Assembly: GCA_964016885.1 (NCBI GenBank)
Contig: OZ024741.1
Coordinates: 157,542,001-157,606,000 of the forward strand
Direction: 5' to 3'
Length of the DNA stretch: 64,000 nucleotides
DNA from: Eledone cirrhosa
Lineage: Eukaryota
Shown: positions 12,752 through 25,768 of the stretch, in pieces
Layout of the letters: every line of letters begins with the position of its first letter
Numbering within the stretch: position 1 is the first letter of the stretch
Position numbers and translations under genes: made by a program
Notes under the pieces: generated by a model
Database searches by the model: none
What the model saw: the letters and a program-made list of their open reading frames with translations, nothing else
Told to the model about the DNA's origin: nothing

Positions 12752-14900
12752 CGTCCATAGGTGTTCTAGAAATAGCAGCTAAATAGGGGGAACAGCTAAA
12801 TGCTAGGAATAGCAGCTAAAAAAGGTGAACCGCATGGAGGTCCATAGCTGTGCTAGGAATAGCAGCTAAAAAAAGTGAACCGCATAGTGGTCCATAGGTG
12901 TGCTAGAAATAGCAGCTAAATAGGGGAAACATCATGGTGGTCGATAAGTGAGCTAGAAATAGTAGCTACATCATCTAAACAGGGGGAAGTCATAGAGGTC
13001 TATAGGTATGCTAGAAATAGCAGCTAAATGGGCAAGCTCATGATGGTCCATAGTTGTGCTAGGAAATAGCAGTTAAAGAGGGAAAACATCATGGTGGTCC
13101 ATATGTGTGCTAGAAATAGCAGCTAAATAAGAGCAACCTCATAATGGTCCATAGGTGTGAGCTACATCAGCTAAGCAGGGGAACCATATGGTGGTCCATA
13201 GGTGTTCCAGAAATAGAACCTACATCAGCTAAAAAGATGTCCATAGGTATGTTAGAAATAGTAGCTAATGAGTGAGAACGACTTGGTGGTCTATAGCTGG
13301 GTTAGAAATAGCAGCTAAATAGAGGGAATGTTATAGTGGTCAACAGGTGTGCTAGAAATAGCCGCTACATCAGCTAAACGGGAGGAACAACATGATAGTC
13401 CATAGATGTGCTACAAATAGCAGCTAAATAGGGGAAACTTCATGGTGGTCCATAGGTGTGCGAGAATTAGAAGGTAAATAGGTAAAACATTATAGTGGTT
13501 CGTAGGTGTGCTAGAAAAAGCAGCTAAATAGGGGAAATCTCGTGGTGGTCCATAGGTGTGCAGGAAATAACAGCTAAATGGGGGAACCTTATGGTGGTAC
13601 AAAGGTGTACTAGAAATTGTAGCTAGCTAGGGGAAACCTCATGGTGGTCCATATGTGTGCTAGAAATAGCAGCTAAAGAGGAAGAACCACATGGTATTCC
13701 ATAAATGTGCTAGAAATAGCAGCGAAATAAAACGAAGCTCACGGTGGTCCATAGGTATGCCAGAAATAGCAGCTAAATAGAAAAACCTCTTGGTGGTCCA
13801 CAGGTATGCTAGAATTAACAGCTAAACAAAGGGAAACTCAAGATGGTTTATAGGTGTGCTAGAAATAGCAGCTAAAGAGGGGGGAACCACGTGGTGGTGC
13901 AAAGAGGTGCTAGAAATAGCAGCTAAATAGGGGAACCTCATAGTGGTCCAGTGTTTCCTAGAAATAGCAGCTAAATAAGAGCAACCTCATAATGTTCCAT
14001 AGGCGTGCTAGAAATAGGAGCTACATCAGCTAAGCAGGGGAACCTCATAGAGGTCCATAAGTGTGCTAGAAATAGAAGCAAAAAAGGGGAACCTCATGGT
14101 GGCCCATAGGTATGCTACAATTTGGAGCTTAATAGAAAGAACCTCACAGTATTCCATAAGTGTGCTAGAAATAGCAGCTAAATTGTGAAACATCATGGTG
14201 GTCCATAGGTGTGCTAGAAATAGCAGCCAAATAGGGGAAACTTCATGGCGGTCCATAAGTGTGCTAGAAATAGCAGTTACATCATCTAAATATGGAAACC
14301 ACATGGTGATCCATAGGTGTGTTAGAAATAGCTAAATAAGAGTCAACTCATGGTAGTCCACAGGTGTGCCAGAAGTAGGAGCTACATCACTTAAATAAGG
14401 GGAATCTCATAAAGCTTCATAAGTGTGTTATAAATAGCAGTTAAATAGGAGAACCTCGTTGAAGATGGTCCATAGGTGTGCTAGAAATCGCAGCTAAATA
14501 GGAGGACCCACATTGTGGTCCCTAGGTTTTCTAAAAATAGCAGTTAAATAGGGGAACTCATGGGGATCCGTGGGTGTGCTACAAATAACAGCTAATTAGG
14601 GGGGAATCGTATGGTCTTCCAGAGGTGTGCTAGAAATAGCAGTTAAAAAGGGGAAACCTCATGTTGGTCCATAGGAGTGCTAGAAATAGCTGTGAAATAA
14701 AGCGAACCACATGGTGGTCCATAGGTGTACAAGAAATACCAGCTAAATAAGAGAAATCTCATAGCTGTCCATAAATGTGGTAGAAATAGCAGCTACATCA
14801 GCTAAACAGGAGGAACCATATGGTGGTCCATAGGTAGAAATAGCAGCTAAATAGGGGGAACATCATGGTGGTCCCTAGGTGTGCTAGAAATAGGAGCTAC
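12752..14900 (-). repeat. Satellite array, same 50/59-bp unit in reverse orientation, ~40 copies
   Basis: Repeats of GGTCCATAGGTGTGCTAGAAATAGCAGCTAAATAGGGGGAAC. Confidence 0.95.
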
Positions 14901-14960
14901 ATCTTATTTATTCATTCTAGAATAAGTAATCATTATAATACAATGGGAGGAAACATTATA

Positions 14961-15006
14961 GTACCACCGATGATGTCACAGTTGTGTGATGAAAGAACTT
15001 TAATAG
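14961..15006 (+). ncRNA. Minimal hammerhead motif (family H2), right arm, degenerate
   Basis: tacca CCGATGA t gtcaca-gttg-tgtgat GAAA gaactt taata. Confidence 0.45.
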
Positions 15007-16057
15007 CCTATGTATATATATTTATATCTAAATTTTTAACTGTTGGTCAATCAAGGATAAACATTGATTGCCAGCTAAATTAACTATAGGGATATAAAAT
15101 ATACAGAAGATAAAAGCAGCCCAAACCAAACAGTAAGTGTGTTTTATTATTATTTCTGGCAATACTATAACAATATATAAATATATATATATAGCAGAGT
15201 TCTCACACACTCCTTCAAAAGGGTCCTGTCAGATGCAACCATCTCCAACTAATCTGACTTGGTCCCCCAGCAAAGACCAACTGAGCTCATGGATGTTATA
15301 TAGACATATATAATGGCCTGATCCAGATCAGACTAGATCGGATCGGATCGTACTAGATGTGTGTATGTGTCTATGTGGATTATGTATCTGCATATATATA
15401 TATACATATGTGCAGGTGAATGACTATATCTACATATATTCTAGCACCACTATCATCGTTTTAAATATCGTACACATTACTGTCACTGTTGTTAATGTTG
15501 TTTTTGTGAGGGTAGCATTGCCTTAGTTGACATAAGTAGAGGCTGAACAGAGATCATAAAACTAAAACTTTAAACTGCCTATATCACCAGACATAGCGAT
15601 GCCTGTCCGAAAACGAAATAACTAAAGAATGTAGATGAACCGATGGTCCACATGCAGCAAGTAGCCTCAGGCCAGTCAAAAATTAGAAAATTCTTAAAGC
15701 CTAGTATAACTAATCAGAAAACAGATACATAAACTACTAAAACTTAACATACAGAAGATACATATGCCAAACCACTCCATTACTGGGTGGCCATCTGCAT
15801 ATCACAATGATTGCATAATTACACCAATGACTGCATAAGCATCTGAAGAAGTCACATGAATTACCATGTAACAGAAATATATACAATGCAATAAACAATT
15901 ATGGTGATTTAATCCCATCTTAACTACCATTGTTTGATAAATGAATACTCCGTCACCCTTTATCACCTATCTGGGATAAACTACTGACTTGTAGTGCTTT
16001 GGATGGCTAGGACCTATTTATCAACAGGAAGTTACTACATTACAACTAAGATAAACA

Positions 16058-16293
16058 ACAGTCCACGCTGTAATGTGGCCGTGTAGGCAACACGGTAAAA
16101 ACCTCCCAGCCCCACACTGTAAATGTGGTTGGTGTTAGGAAGGGCATCCAGCTTTAGAAATCAAGCCAAATCAGTTCCTGTATGAGCAAGGCATGGTCAG
16201 CCGACCAGACACTGCCCACAACAGGACAACCCGTCTAACCCATGCTAGCGTGGAAGAACGGACGTAAAACGGTGATGATGGTGATGATGATGA
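16058..16293 (+). mobile_element. RTE-type 3' tail fragment
   Basis: gtccacgctgtaatgtggccgt..ggttggtgttaggaagggcatccag..ggacgtaaaac(gat)n. Confidence 0.7.
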
Positions 16294-16298
16294 TATTC

Positions 16299-16637
16299 AG
16301 GCACATGGCTTAGTGGTTAGAGCATTGGCCTTGCAATCGAAAGGTTGTGAGTTCAATTCCAGGACCGGATGATGTGTTGTTTCCTTGAGCAAGACACCTT
16401 ATTTCACATTGCTCCAGTTTACTCAGCTGTAGAAATGAGATGATAGGGACTGGGGTCCCTATCATTCCACTGCAAAGTGGTCGTGGAGGTGCCACGGCAA
16501 AAAAGCACCCAGCACTCACTGTAAATGAGGTTGGTGTTAGGAAGGGCATCCAGCTGTAGAAATCAAGCCAAAATCAGTTCCCGTCCCACCCTTGCAAGCA
16601 GGGGAAAGCGGACGTAAAATGAAATGATGATGATGAT
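16299..16637 (+). mobile_element. CORE-type tRNA-derived SINE (family B), full length
   Basis: GGCACATGGCTTAGTGGTTAGAGC (A box), GAGTTCAATTCC (B box), CORE-like segment, RTE-like tail and (GAT)n. Confidence 0.85.
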
Positions 16638-16663
16638 ATATATTTATATATGTAAACATATAT

Positions 16664-16719
<56 letters not shown>

Positions 16720-16758
16720 ATATTAAATAAATGGAAACTATATTTATAAAACCATATT

Positions 16759-16819
16759 TATTCTATTATATATATTTCAAGGGTACCAAAACTTTGGTAC
16801 GCTTTCATCAGATAAAATA
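16759..16819 (-). ncRNA. Type-I hammerhead ribozyme motif (family H1)
   Basis: Minus strand: tattttat CTGATGA aag-c-gtaccaaa-g-ttttggtac-c-ctt GAAA tatata TA^ atagaata. Confidence 0.7.
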
Positions 16820-17164
16820 CAAAGTTTGTTTTATAAATTCTGACATAACCAAGAAAAGATACCTTAACTGTTCAAGTTTTTCCTGGGATAGTGAAGGGAT
16901 AAGAGAAGAAATGTAAGATATTTCATATTAAGATGAGTATGCAAATGAGGTTGAGGTATATGGCTGAAAAAACGTTATTTTAGACGCTATGCAGAATTTA
17001 AATAATTAGGATATATGTATGAGTAGGAAGAAGAAAAAAGGAAGAAGAAGAGCTTGTATTTACGTTAATTTAAAAGGAATTAACAATTTGGGGAAATGGT
17101 GGAATATGATTCCAGAATTTAAATTTATTTAGCTATATTATGAGTTATAATATTGTATATTGTA

Positions 17165-17850
17165 TAACATTGACTTCCTGGAAACTGTTCAGAGACGTGC
17201 AACCAAGCGCATACCCTCCATCAGACACCTACCATACTCTGAACGCCTTGCTTCCCTGGGCATGGATTCATTGAAGCTCCGACGTCTGGCAATGGACTTG
17301 GTGAATACCCACAAAGTTATTAACCATCTCGCCAACAGCAACCCTGAGCACCTATTTGATCTCCATGTGTCCAACACACGTGGACATGCCTACAAAATCA
17401 GAAAACAGCACAGCTCCCATGACTTTCGTAGACATTTTTTCACGCTCAGAGTTGCTGAAGCATGGAACAAACTGCCTGCATCAGTTGTTAGCTGCCGAGA
17501 CACTGCATCCTTTAAGACACTCATGCTTCCTGAAATACGCCAAAACTACACCTGATGTACCCCTTCCATACACATGCACACATGTGTATATCATGACTCG
17601 TGCACTGTTCATTTTCCTGACGTTTGTGCATTGCCCTATGTACTGTACATGCACTTTTTGATGAGTTGTGGTGCACCTGAGCACTGTACACAATATTTCA
17701 TTGTTATTATTATTATTATTATATCATGACTCATACACTGTTCATTTTCCTGACATTTGTACATTATTCTATGTACTATACATGCACCTTTGATGAGTTG
17801 TAGTGCACCTGAGCACTGTACACAATAATTTCATTATTATTATTATTATT
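17165..17850 (+). mobile_element. CR1-clade LINE 3' fragment with a duplicated 3'UTR tail
   Basis: ORF 17160-17555 (DFLETVQRRATKRIP..). The tail 17590-17720 is repeated at 17722-17850. Confidence 0.85.
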
Positions 17851-18127
17851 ATATATAATCAATTAGATTATATGAAGAATTATGGTTGTAAGTATATTTT
17901 CTTCTTCCTTTTTTCTTCTTCCTACTCATACATATATCCTAATTATTTAAATTCTGCATAGCATCTAAAATAACGTTTTTTTCAGCCCTATACCTCAACC
18001 TCATTTGCATACTCATCTTAATAATTTGAAATATCTTACTTTTCTTCTCTTTTCCTTCACTATCCAAGGAAAACTTGAACAGTTAAGGTATCTTTTTTTG
18101 GTTATGTCAGAATTTATAAAACAAACT

Positions 18128-18186
18128 TTGTATCTGATGAAAGCGTACCAAAGTTTTGGTACCCTTGAAATATATATAATAAAATA
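18128..18186 (+). ncRNA. Type-I hammerhead ribozyme motif (family H1)
   Basis: tat CTGATGA aagcgtaccaaagttttggtaccctt GAAA tatata TA^ ataaaata. Stem I is shortened by a small deletion. Confidence 0.6.
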
Positions 18187-18387
18187 AATATGGTTTTATA
18201 AATATAGTTTCCATTTATTTAATATCATTGAATATTATACTCCAGAAAAACTGTCGAGTGCTCTGAATCAGTTATAAACATTTATATTTGTTGAATTACC
18301 AACAAATTGAATATCCCTTTTGCTTATATATATATATATATAGTACCAAAATTATATTAAGGATGTCATGTCTGAGAATATCAGATT

Positions 18388-18432
<45 letters not shown>

Positions 18433-18616
18433 CCATATATATATACATATCCATATATATATATATACATATTCATATATATATATATATACATGTATAT
18501 AATATAAGATCAAAAGATGGTTAAAAGAGTTCCAAGTATTTTATTAAACTGTAGAGTGCTACTTATCCGATATTTGCATTGCTTTATTGTGCTACAATAA
18601 AACTCACCTCCTACAT

Positions 18617-18692
<76 letters not shown>

Positions 18693-19183
18693 GTATGTGT
18701 ATGTATGTGTATGTATAGGTTTAGATGTTGGCATTTCCTTAGACTTCTCGATGGAATCTCAAGCTCAAATTTCTTGAGTATTTTACGAAATAAAACAAGA
18801 AATTCTTGGATGTAAGACAAGTTTGAGTTGATGTAGCAGAAAAAGAAACTCCGGATTATTATTTTTCCTTTCTTTTCTTGTGTTGTCTTTGAGTACCGAA
18901 TTAAGAAAATAATGCCACTTGAGGAAACGAAGCATAATAAAATGATTAAGTTCAGCTTACTGGAATCTGATAATGTTATTTTATTTTATGTTACCAACCA
19001 TGGTAGAGTGTACCTAAGTGCATACATTTAACATGCCACCAATTGAAAGCAATTGTGTGTGATAAGCCCATCACTAGTCTTTATGGCATTGGGAAGAAGA
19101 AGAAGAAGAAGAAGAAGAAGAAGAAGAAGAAGAAAAAGAAGATTTTTGCTGCTTTGTTTTGTTGAGTAGGGGAAGTTGATTAA

Positions 19184-19391
19184 TCCTTTAGCATTGAAAC
19201 TGGCCATATCCGGCTAGAATTCTCTCACCTCTTTCTCTTAAAACCAGATGTAACTGGCCACTTATACTGACGTTAAGGTATTGTTCTGAAACTAAATAAT
19301 AGCAAAATCTCATAGATTCGATATTATGTGAGGTAAAGCCTTTACCGTGAAAATATAATAGCAAATATAGAGTAATGTAAATACTAAAGGG
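19184..19391. mobile_element. piggyBac-type MITE
   Basis: TTAA-TCCTTTAGCATT ... AATACTAAAGGG-TTAA. Confidence 0.75.
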
Positions 19392-19711
19392 TTAAATCAA
19401 TGCCAATATTTGATTGGTACTCTACTCTAACAAACCCTCAGCAGGATTTGAACTATGAATGTACAGCGCTACAACTAAATGCCGCACTATATTTTGTCAG
19501 ATGGTCTAATGATTCTGAATATTCACTGTCTTCAGCTGGTTTCTAATTTATGTTCATGGTCAGCAATTTTGAGTGGAGAGTGAAGTGAATTAAATCAATC
19601 TCACTACTTGACTGGTACTTGGTACTTTATTTTATTGACCCCGGAAGGATGAAAATAAAGTTGACTTCAATGGGATTTGAACTTAGAATGTAAAAGAATC
19701 AGAACAAATAA

Positions 19712-19905
19712 ATAATTGTTTCTACTTTTGGCACAAGGCCAGCAATTATCCCAGTGCATTATGGTACTTTATTTTATCGACCCCGTAAGGATGAAAGGCA
19801 AAGTTAACCTCGGCAGGATTTGAACTCAGACCGTAAAGGGACATAACTCTATGCTGGAAAGCATGGTGTCCAACTCTCCACTGATACTGCCAATCCACAA
19901 TCCCC
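19712..19905 (-). mobile_element. SINE family A
   Basis: Near full-length copy. Older related copies lie at ~19400-19700. Confidence 0.75.
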
Positions 19906-19907
19906 AA

Positions 19908-20290
19908 ATAAATAATAATAATAATTAAATTTATTGTGTACAGTGCTCAGGTGCACTACAACTCATCAAAGGTGCATGTAAAGCACATAGAATAATGTAC
20001 AAATGTCAGGAAAGTGAACAGTGTATGAGTCATAATACACATACACACAAACATGCGTGCGTGTGTATGGAGAGGGATTGGCGAGTGACAAAGTATGACC
20101 AAATTACTCCACAGCGATAAAATAGTGCCACTGCTTGCTACAGGATTATCAGGTGTAGTGTTGGCGAATTTCGGGAAGCATGGAGGTTTTGAAGGATGCA
20201 GTTTCCCCGACAGCTAACAACTGATGTAGGTAGTTTGTTCCATGCTTCAGCAACTCTGAGAGTGAAAAAATGTTTCCAAAAGTCATTGAA
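19908..20290 (-). mobile_element. CR1-clade LINE 3' fragment
   Basis: Reverse complement of the 35-570 tail (..TASFKTSMLPEIRQHYT). Confidence 0.8.
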
Positions 20291-21874
20291 TCTGTATTTT
20301 GTCCAACACTTAATGATTTTGCCAAACCACCGCTGTCAATTGAGTAAAACATGCAGAAATCTAAATCAGTGGAAACACAAGAGAAGTAATCAGATTGATA
20401 TAAGAATAACTATGGGATCGAGAAGATTTTACTTCCTATCAAGTAAATTATAAAATGCTTGCAGTAAATAAACAAAGTAAATTATATTATGAAAGTAAGA
20501 GGAAGGCAGAAGGAATTGGCAGACTCTACACCCCAGTCTAGGAGGTATATATCAGCTGCATCCCACAGACAAAATAACAAATGCATTCCCACAAAGAATA
20601 ACCACTAACACCCACTGAATCAGTCACTCCACCTCATAGAGCTTCTTCTTCAAACAAGATGTGCTCCTTCCAATTTTGCAGAGGAAAATGGCTATTCGGA
20701 ACCAACAGACACCAGATATCTAAATGGTGACTGACATGACAAGGAAGCAGTTGCTTAAGCCCAGTAGTTGAATATCTTTTGCTTTTCTACACTATGCATG
20801 GTAGCGGCCTGGTTTGTTACTGAAATAACAAAACTGGAAGTGGAAAATATGTCACATGTCATCCCAGATTAGAGATTTACTCCCCTCCTCAAATGAGAAA
20901 AAAGTTATCCCTGTATAATTGAGAAGTTAATTTCACAATCACAGGATTTTTGTCAAATATATATTTTTTTTGTTTGCTTCCCTGTATCTTTCTTTTTTTT
21001 TTCTCTCTCTCCCTCTACATTCTCTGCCTCCTTTCATTGTTTGCAAAGATTTTTTTTGGTCCCTTTTGCCCCCTCTCCATGTATTCCTATCACCTTTATC
21101 TCTCTATCTTCTTTCCACATCACAGAAATCCAGTCAATCATCCACCCCCATTTCACCTGGCATTAGGGTGTCTCTATCTCCTTCTGTCTCGTCTTTAACA
21201 GTCTGAGGAGCCTGCAGCATGCTGGGGAAACTCTCAAGTAGCAGACCACTGAATCAGTCTTAATAAACTATGATTATATGTGCGTGTGAGAGAAAGAGAG
21301 AGAGTGCGTGTGTGTGTGAGTATGTGTGTGAGTGTGTGTGTGAGAAAGAGAGAGAGTGCGTGTGTGTGTGAGTATGTGTGTGAGTGTGTGTGTGAGAAAG
21401 AGAGAGTGTGTGTGTGTATGTGTGAGTGTGTGTATGTGTGTGTTTGTGTATGTATGTGGGCATGATATAAGATTGATTCAAATGGATGTTGTTATTTAGC
21501 CCTACGTCAACCTTGACACTAATCAGACCCATGATTAAAAATGTTCCAATCGTAAACATCCTATCCTTTTGTATATTTAGAACTATTTCATCTAATGTGT
21601 ACTTCCCTTTTAAGAGGTAGTAGGGTGGGATTTGAGGGAGGATTGGCAGTAATGTTTAGCACTGAGACAACCACATTGAAACAAGCAAAGATAGATGTTG
21701 TGTTGCTTTCATAGTTTCTCATGCTTGATTATCATTTGATACCCAAACATTTTGGTCTGACAGCACCATTGCATTTAAATATTCATTATAAGTAGTGGTG
21801 ATGGGGGGGGGGGGGGGGGGAACGTAACTTCACAGCAAAGCCAGAAGAATCTCATTTCTGTAATAGATAGCAAT

Positions 21875-22290
21875 ACGAACAATAATATAAGCAACAGCTA
21901 CAGCAGCAACAACAACAGCAGCAGCAGAAGCAGCAACGACAACAATATAAACAACAGCAATAGCAACAACAGCAACAACAATAGCATCAATATCAACAAC
22001 AGCAACAACAATAGCATCAATATCAACAACAGCAGCAACAGTAACAATAGCAACAACAACAACGACGACGACAACAACAACAACAGAAACAACAACATCA
22101 GCAACAATATCAACAACAGCATGAAATTCAGTAGCAACAACAATGTCATCACCACCACCACCAACAATACCATCAACACCAACACCATCATCACCACCAC
22201 CTCTTCCACCATCATCATCACCACCACCTACTCCACCACCATCAATAACACCATTACCACAACCACCATTATCATCACCCTCATCATCAT
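21875..22290. repeat. Compound trinucleotide repeat (CAA/CAG grading into CAC/CAT)
   Basis: Seen directly. Confidence 0.9.
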
Positions 22291-22509
22291 AAGCTAACTA
22301 TTTGCATTCTGAAATGGCCACTAACACCATTACAAGTAAATAACTTGGACCATATCAAGGCTAGCTATAATGTTTATTCTATACATCCAAGTATGTAATT
22401 CCTCATTCTATTTTTTAAGAATAAATTAAGCTATTTTATTTTATTGTTTTTACTATTTATTTCATCAAGAGGTTGCTCACCTCACTTACCTGGGCAGTTA
22501 AAATTAAAA

Positions 22510-23050
22510 TGTAATTTACAGCTCATTCCTATGCTGGTCTAACTAGCTTCCAATGAGGAGGTTTCTTGGGTGTTATGATGATATGGGACCCAGTCTTCTC
22601 ATGTCATTTTTACAGCTTACACCTATGTAGATTTAACTGATCTCATAGGAGATCAATTAAATCTAGCCCTCTATGAAGTTGTATCTCATTGTGCTTTAGA
22701 TTGTAAGGTCTCCTAGTCCTATCATCTTGTTACTACAGTTCACACCTATGCATGTTTAGCTGACTTCATATGAAGTTGCATTTCATAGGAGGTTTCTTAA
22801 GTGCTTTAATGATAGAAGCCCCAGCCTTAACATGTGGTTACAGCTCACACTTATGTAGGTTTAGCTGAACTCCTTTGAAGTTATATTTCAGTGGATGTTT
22901 CTTGGGTGTTTTAATGATAGGGGCCCAAGTCCTATCATGTTGTTGTTACAGCTCATACATATATAGATTTAACTGACCTCCTATGAGGTTGCATCTCATA
23001 GGAGTTTTCTTGGGTGATTTAAGGATACGGGCTTCCAGATCTATCATGAA
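22510..23050. repeat. Degenerate ~105-110 bp minisatellite, ~5 units
   Basis: gtttcttgggtg..atgata..cagtcctatcatg..tacagctcacacctatg recurs near 22561, 22690, 22792, 22897 and 23005. Confidence 0.75.
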
Positions 23051-23339
23051 TAGTGATATGCAATGAAACATTTTGCTAAAAACCACAATGTGCCACACAG
23101 TCCAGGAATTGCCCCCACAAACTTGTGATTATGAGGCCAGCACTCTACCTACTAGGCCATGTATCTTCATAATGGGATAATCATTATTGCAACAAAAGGA
23201 AATGCAGAGTAGGACTTCAGTTCCTGAATATGGAAGGAGCAGCAGATGTTACAGTCTTGAAGAATATGTAACATCTGGGCAAGTTCCTTGATCAGTACCC
23301 ACATAAAGATTTTCATGTAATAGACTATTATACTGCTAG

Positions 23340-24125
23340 TACGGAATTGGTAGAGTGTCAGACAAAATGCCTTTGTGGTACTTGTTCTGGCTCTTTACAT
23401 TCTGAGTTCAAATCCTACTGAGGTTAACTTTGCCTTTCATCCTTCCAGGGTTCATAAAATAAACTACCAGTTCAGTACTGAAGTTAATATAATTGACTTT
23501 CCTTTTTGCAGCAAAACTTCTGGCCTTGTGCCTAAATTAGAAACCATTATTATTAAGGGCGGTGGATTGGCAGTATCGGTAGAGAGTCGGACACCATGCT
23601 TTGAAGCATAGAGTTACATCTCTTTATGATCTGAGTTCAAATCCCGCCGAGGTTAACTTTGCCTTTCATTCTTACGGGGTCGATAAAATAAAGTACCAGT
23701 AATGTACTGGGTAATTGATGGCCTTGTGCCAAAAATAGAAACAATTATTATTAAGGGCAATGGATTGGTAGGCTCACTAGTGTGTCGGATAAAATTCTTT
23801 ACGATATGTTCTGGCTCATTACATTCTAAGTTCAAATTCTGCTGAGATCCATTTTGGCTTTCATTCTTCCGGGGTCAATAAAATAAAGTACCAGTCAAGT
23901 ACTGGGGTCAATTTAATAGACATTCCCCTCCCCCAAATTACTTGTCTTGTGAATAAACTTAGAAATCATTATACTTCCAATATAGTCGTTAAGATGTCAG
24001 AGAGAATGCTTTACGGCATTCGTCCCACCACATTGTGCGCTCTGAGTTCAAATCCCGCCAGGGTCAACTTTGCCTTTCGTCCTTTCGAGGTTGATAAAAA
24101 AAATATACCAGACAAGTACTGTTCT
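23340..24125 (+). mobile_element. Head-to-tail cluster of four family A-like SINEs
   Basis: Repeated ctgagttcaaatcc..gaggttaactttgcctttcatcc..gtaccag blocks separated by (ATT)n tails. Confidence 0.8.
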
Positions 24126-25704
24126 TCCTCTATAGAAAAAATTGGCTGTGTTCAGACCTGGAGAGGGTTGGGCTCCACCAGGTTTTAAAATGCCCAAGAC
24201 ACACCATTAGACGGTGCCTCTATGACTCCACTAGGAGTTATGGGATCTTTATCCTTTATATACTCCCAATGGAAATCAATGTAGGGGACACAAGGAAAAT
24301 GCCTGCCAACATCACTCAAAGGCTGAATGTATTCTATCATCAGGGTTTGTTCAGAATACTTAAGATTACATACAGGGTGTAGTCCACCAACATTGAAGTC
24401 CTGAAGAGGGCCTAGTTGTAATTGAAAAGACCACCTTTGTCACACAATATGATATGCTGGATTTTCCTGAGGATTATATTAAGGATTTAAATGTTTGTAG
24501 AATGCTCAACAGTTTCACATTAATTTCACAAGTAGTCTGTTCTATTGATCAAACAACTAGAACACTCTTTGTAACTAATAGAGGTGCAACACACACACAA
24601 ATCCGTATCTTAGTACAGAGCTGGGTATATATAGGTGTGTAGATATGTAGGTGTGAATGGGTGTGAAAATATGTTTCCTAGAAAGATAACAACATAATGT
24701 ATAGACAACATTTTTATGTTCTATGTTCAGTGTATGACAGAACAAAGCTTTGTATAGTCCTAAATGGAGGAATCTATGTATAAATATGATTATAATGAAT
24801 ATGTATATATATGTGTGTGTGTGTGTGTGTGCATGCACACACACACACACATACATGTCTGTGTTTGTGTTTCCATATTTATGCATATATGTATGTGTGT
24901 GTGTCTGTCTGTGTGTGTGTGTGTGTGTATGTATATATATATCTACTCACCCATAAATTTCCTAGATGAGTACGCTTTCATCAGATAAAATACAAAGTTT
25001 GTTTTATAAATAGAGACATACCCATGAAAATCATACCTTATCGGTTGGAAATTCACTGGATAGTGGAAATATATTAGGGATTATTCAAACTTATGTGTGA
25101 TTATGCAAAGAATATGTAAATAATTGAAAAACAACCGTTTATTTAAATGACACTGGAGAAACAGAGAGAGAAAAGATATAAGGGGATAAAGATAAAAAAT
25201 ATTACGAGAGAGATAGAGAGAAGAAATAGACAAGAGAGGATGAATAAAACTCATATAACGTTAATTTGGGGGAAATATATTCTAAGTATATATCTTAATA
25301 GTACGTGTATTTACTATTATTAGTTGTTTAAAATTCGTTTCTAATATAATATTTTCTGTTATAAGTAGATAAATAAATAAAAAAATAAATAAATAGATAA
25401 ATGAATGAATAGATGGGTATATCATGTTATAGAAAATTGTTTTAATGAGTTATGAGGGATATTGGTTTTGTATTTAATGTAAGTAAATATTAAGTTAAAT
25501 TAAATTAAATTAACTGAGTTAAGAATATTTATATTTATATATTTTAAAATGGGAAGATACGGAAAATCTCCAGTATAGTTTATTTATTCGTTAGTATGAG
25601 ACTATTTAGTCAAAATAAGTATAAATGTTGAAAGATATATTTAGCCAGAATCAGTTAGTGGTTATAAATTTAATAAAAAATATTGAAAAAATATTAAATA
25701 TTTG

Positions 25705-25768
25705 TATTTTATCTGATGAAAGCGTACCAATGTTGTCTTGGTACCCTTGAAATATATATAATAAAATA
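25705..25768 (+). ncRNA. Type-I hammerhead ribozyme motif (family H1), best-formed copy
   Basis: Stem I tattttat/ataaaata (8 bp), CTGATGA, stem II aag..gtaccaa/ttggtac..ctt, GAAA, palindromic stem III tatata and AUA cleavage triplet. Confidence 0.75.

Larger units (their letters stand above)
7050..15300. repeat. ~8.2-kb inverted repeat (foldback) with 50-bp satellite arms
   Basis: 7050-7155 is the reverse complement of 15193-15300. 7950-8100 matches rc 15025-15180 and 8350-8500 matches rc 14860-15010. The inner arms are oppositely oriented satellite arrays. Confidence 0.85.
16715..18230. repeat. Foldback with ~340-bp inverted arms, each carrying an HHR, and a CR1 in the centre
   Basis: 16715-17050 is the reverse complement of 17898-18230. 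Confidence 0.85.

Noticed and set aside
8460-14900. CRISPR-like regular repeats
   Set aside because: Whole units are tandemly repeated with no unique spacers and there are no cas genes. The context is eukaryotic, so this is a satellite.
16299-16370. tRNA gene
   Set aside because: It is the tRNA-derived head of a SINE and continues into CORE and RTE-like tail sequence.
21201-21246. Hammerhead-like CTGAGGA..GAAAC..GTA
   Set aside because: Stem I could not be formed convincingly. Similar weak motifs at ~59910 and ~62030 were also not called.
21898-22227. Poly-Leu ORF and poly-Q/N/T frames
   Set aside because: Product of a trinucleotide repeat with no domain or splice evidence.
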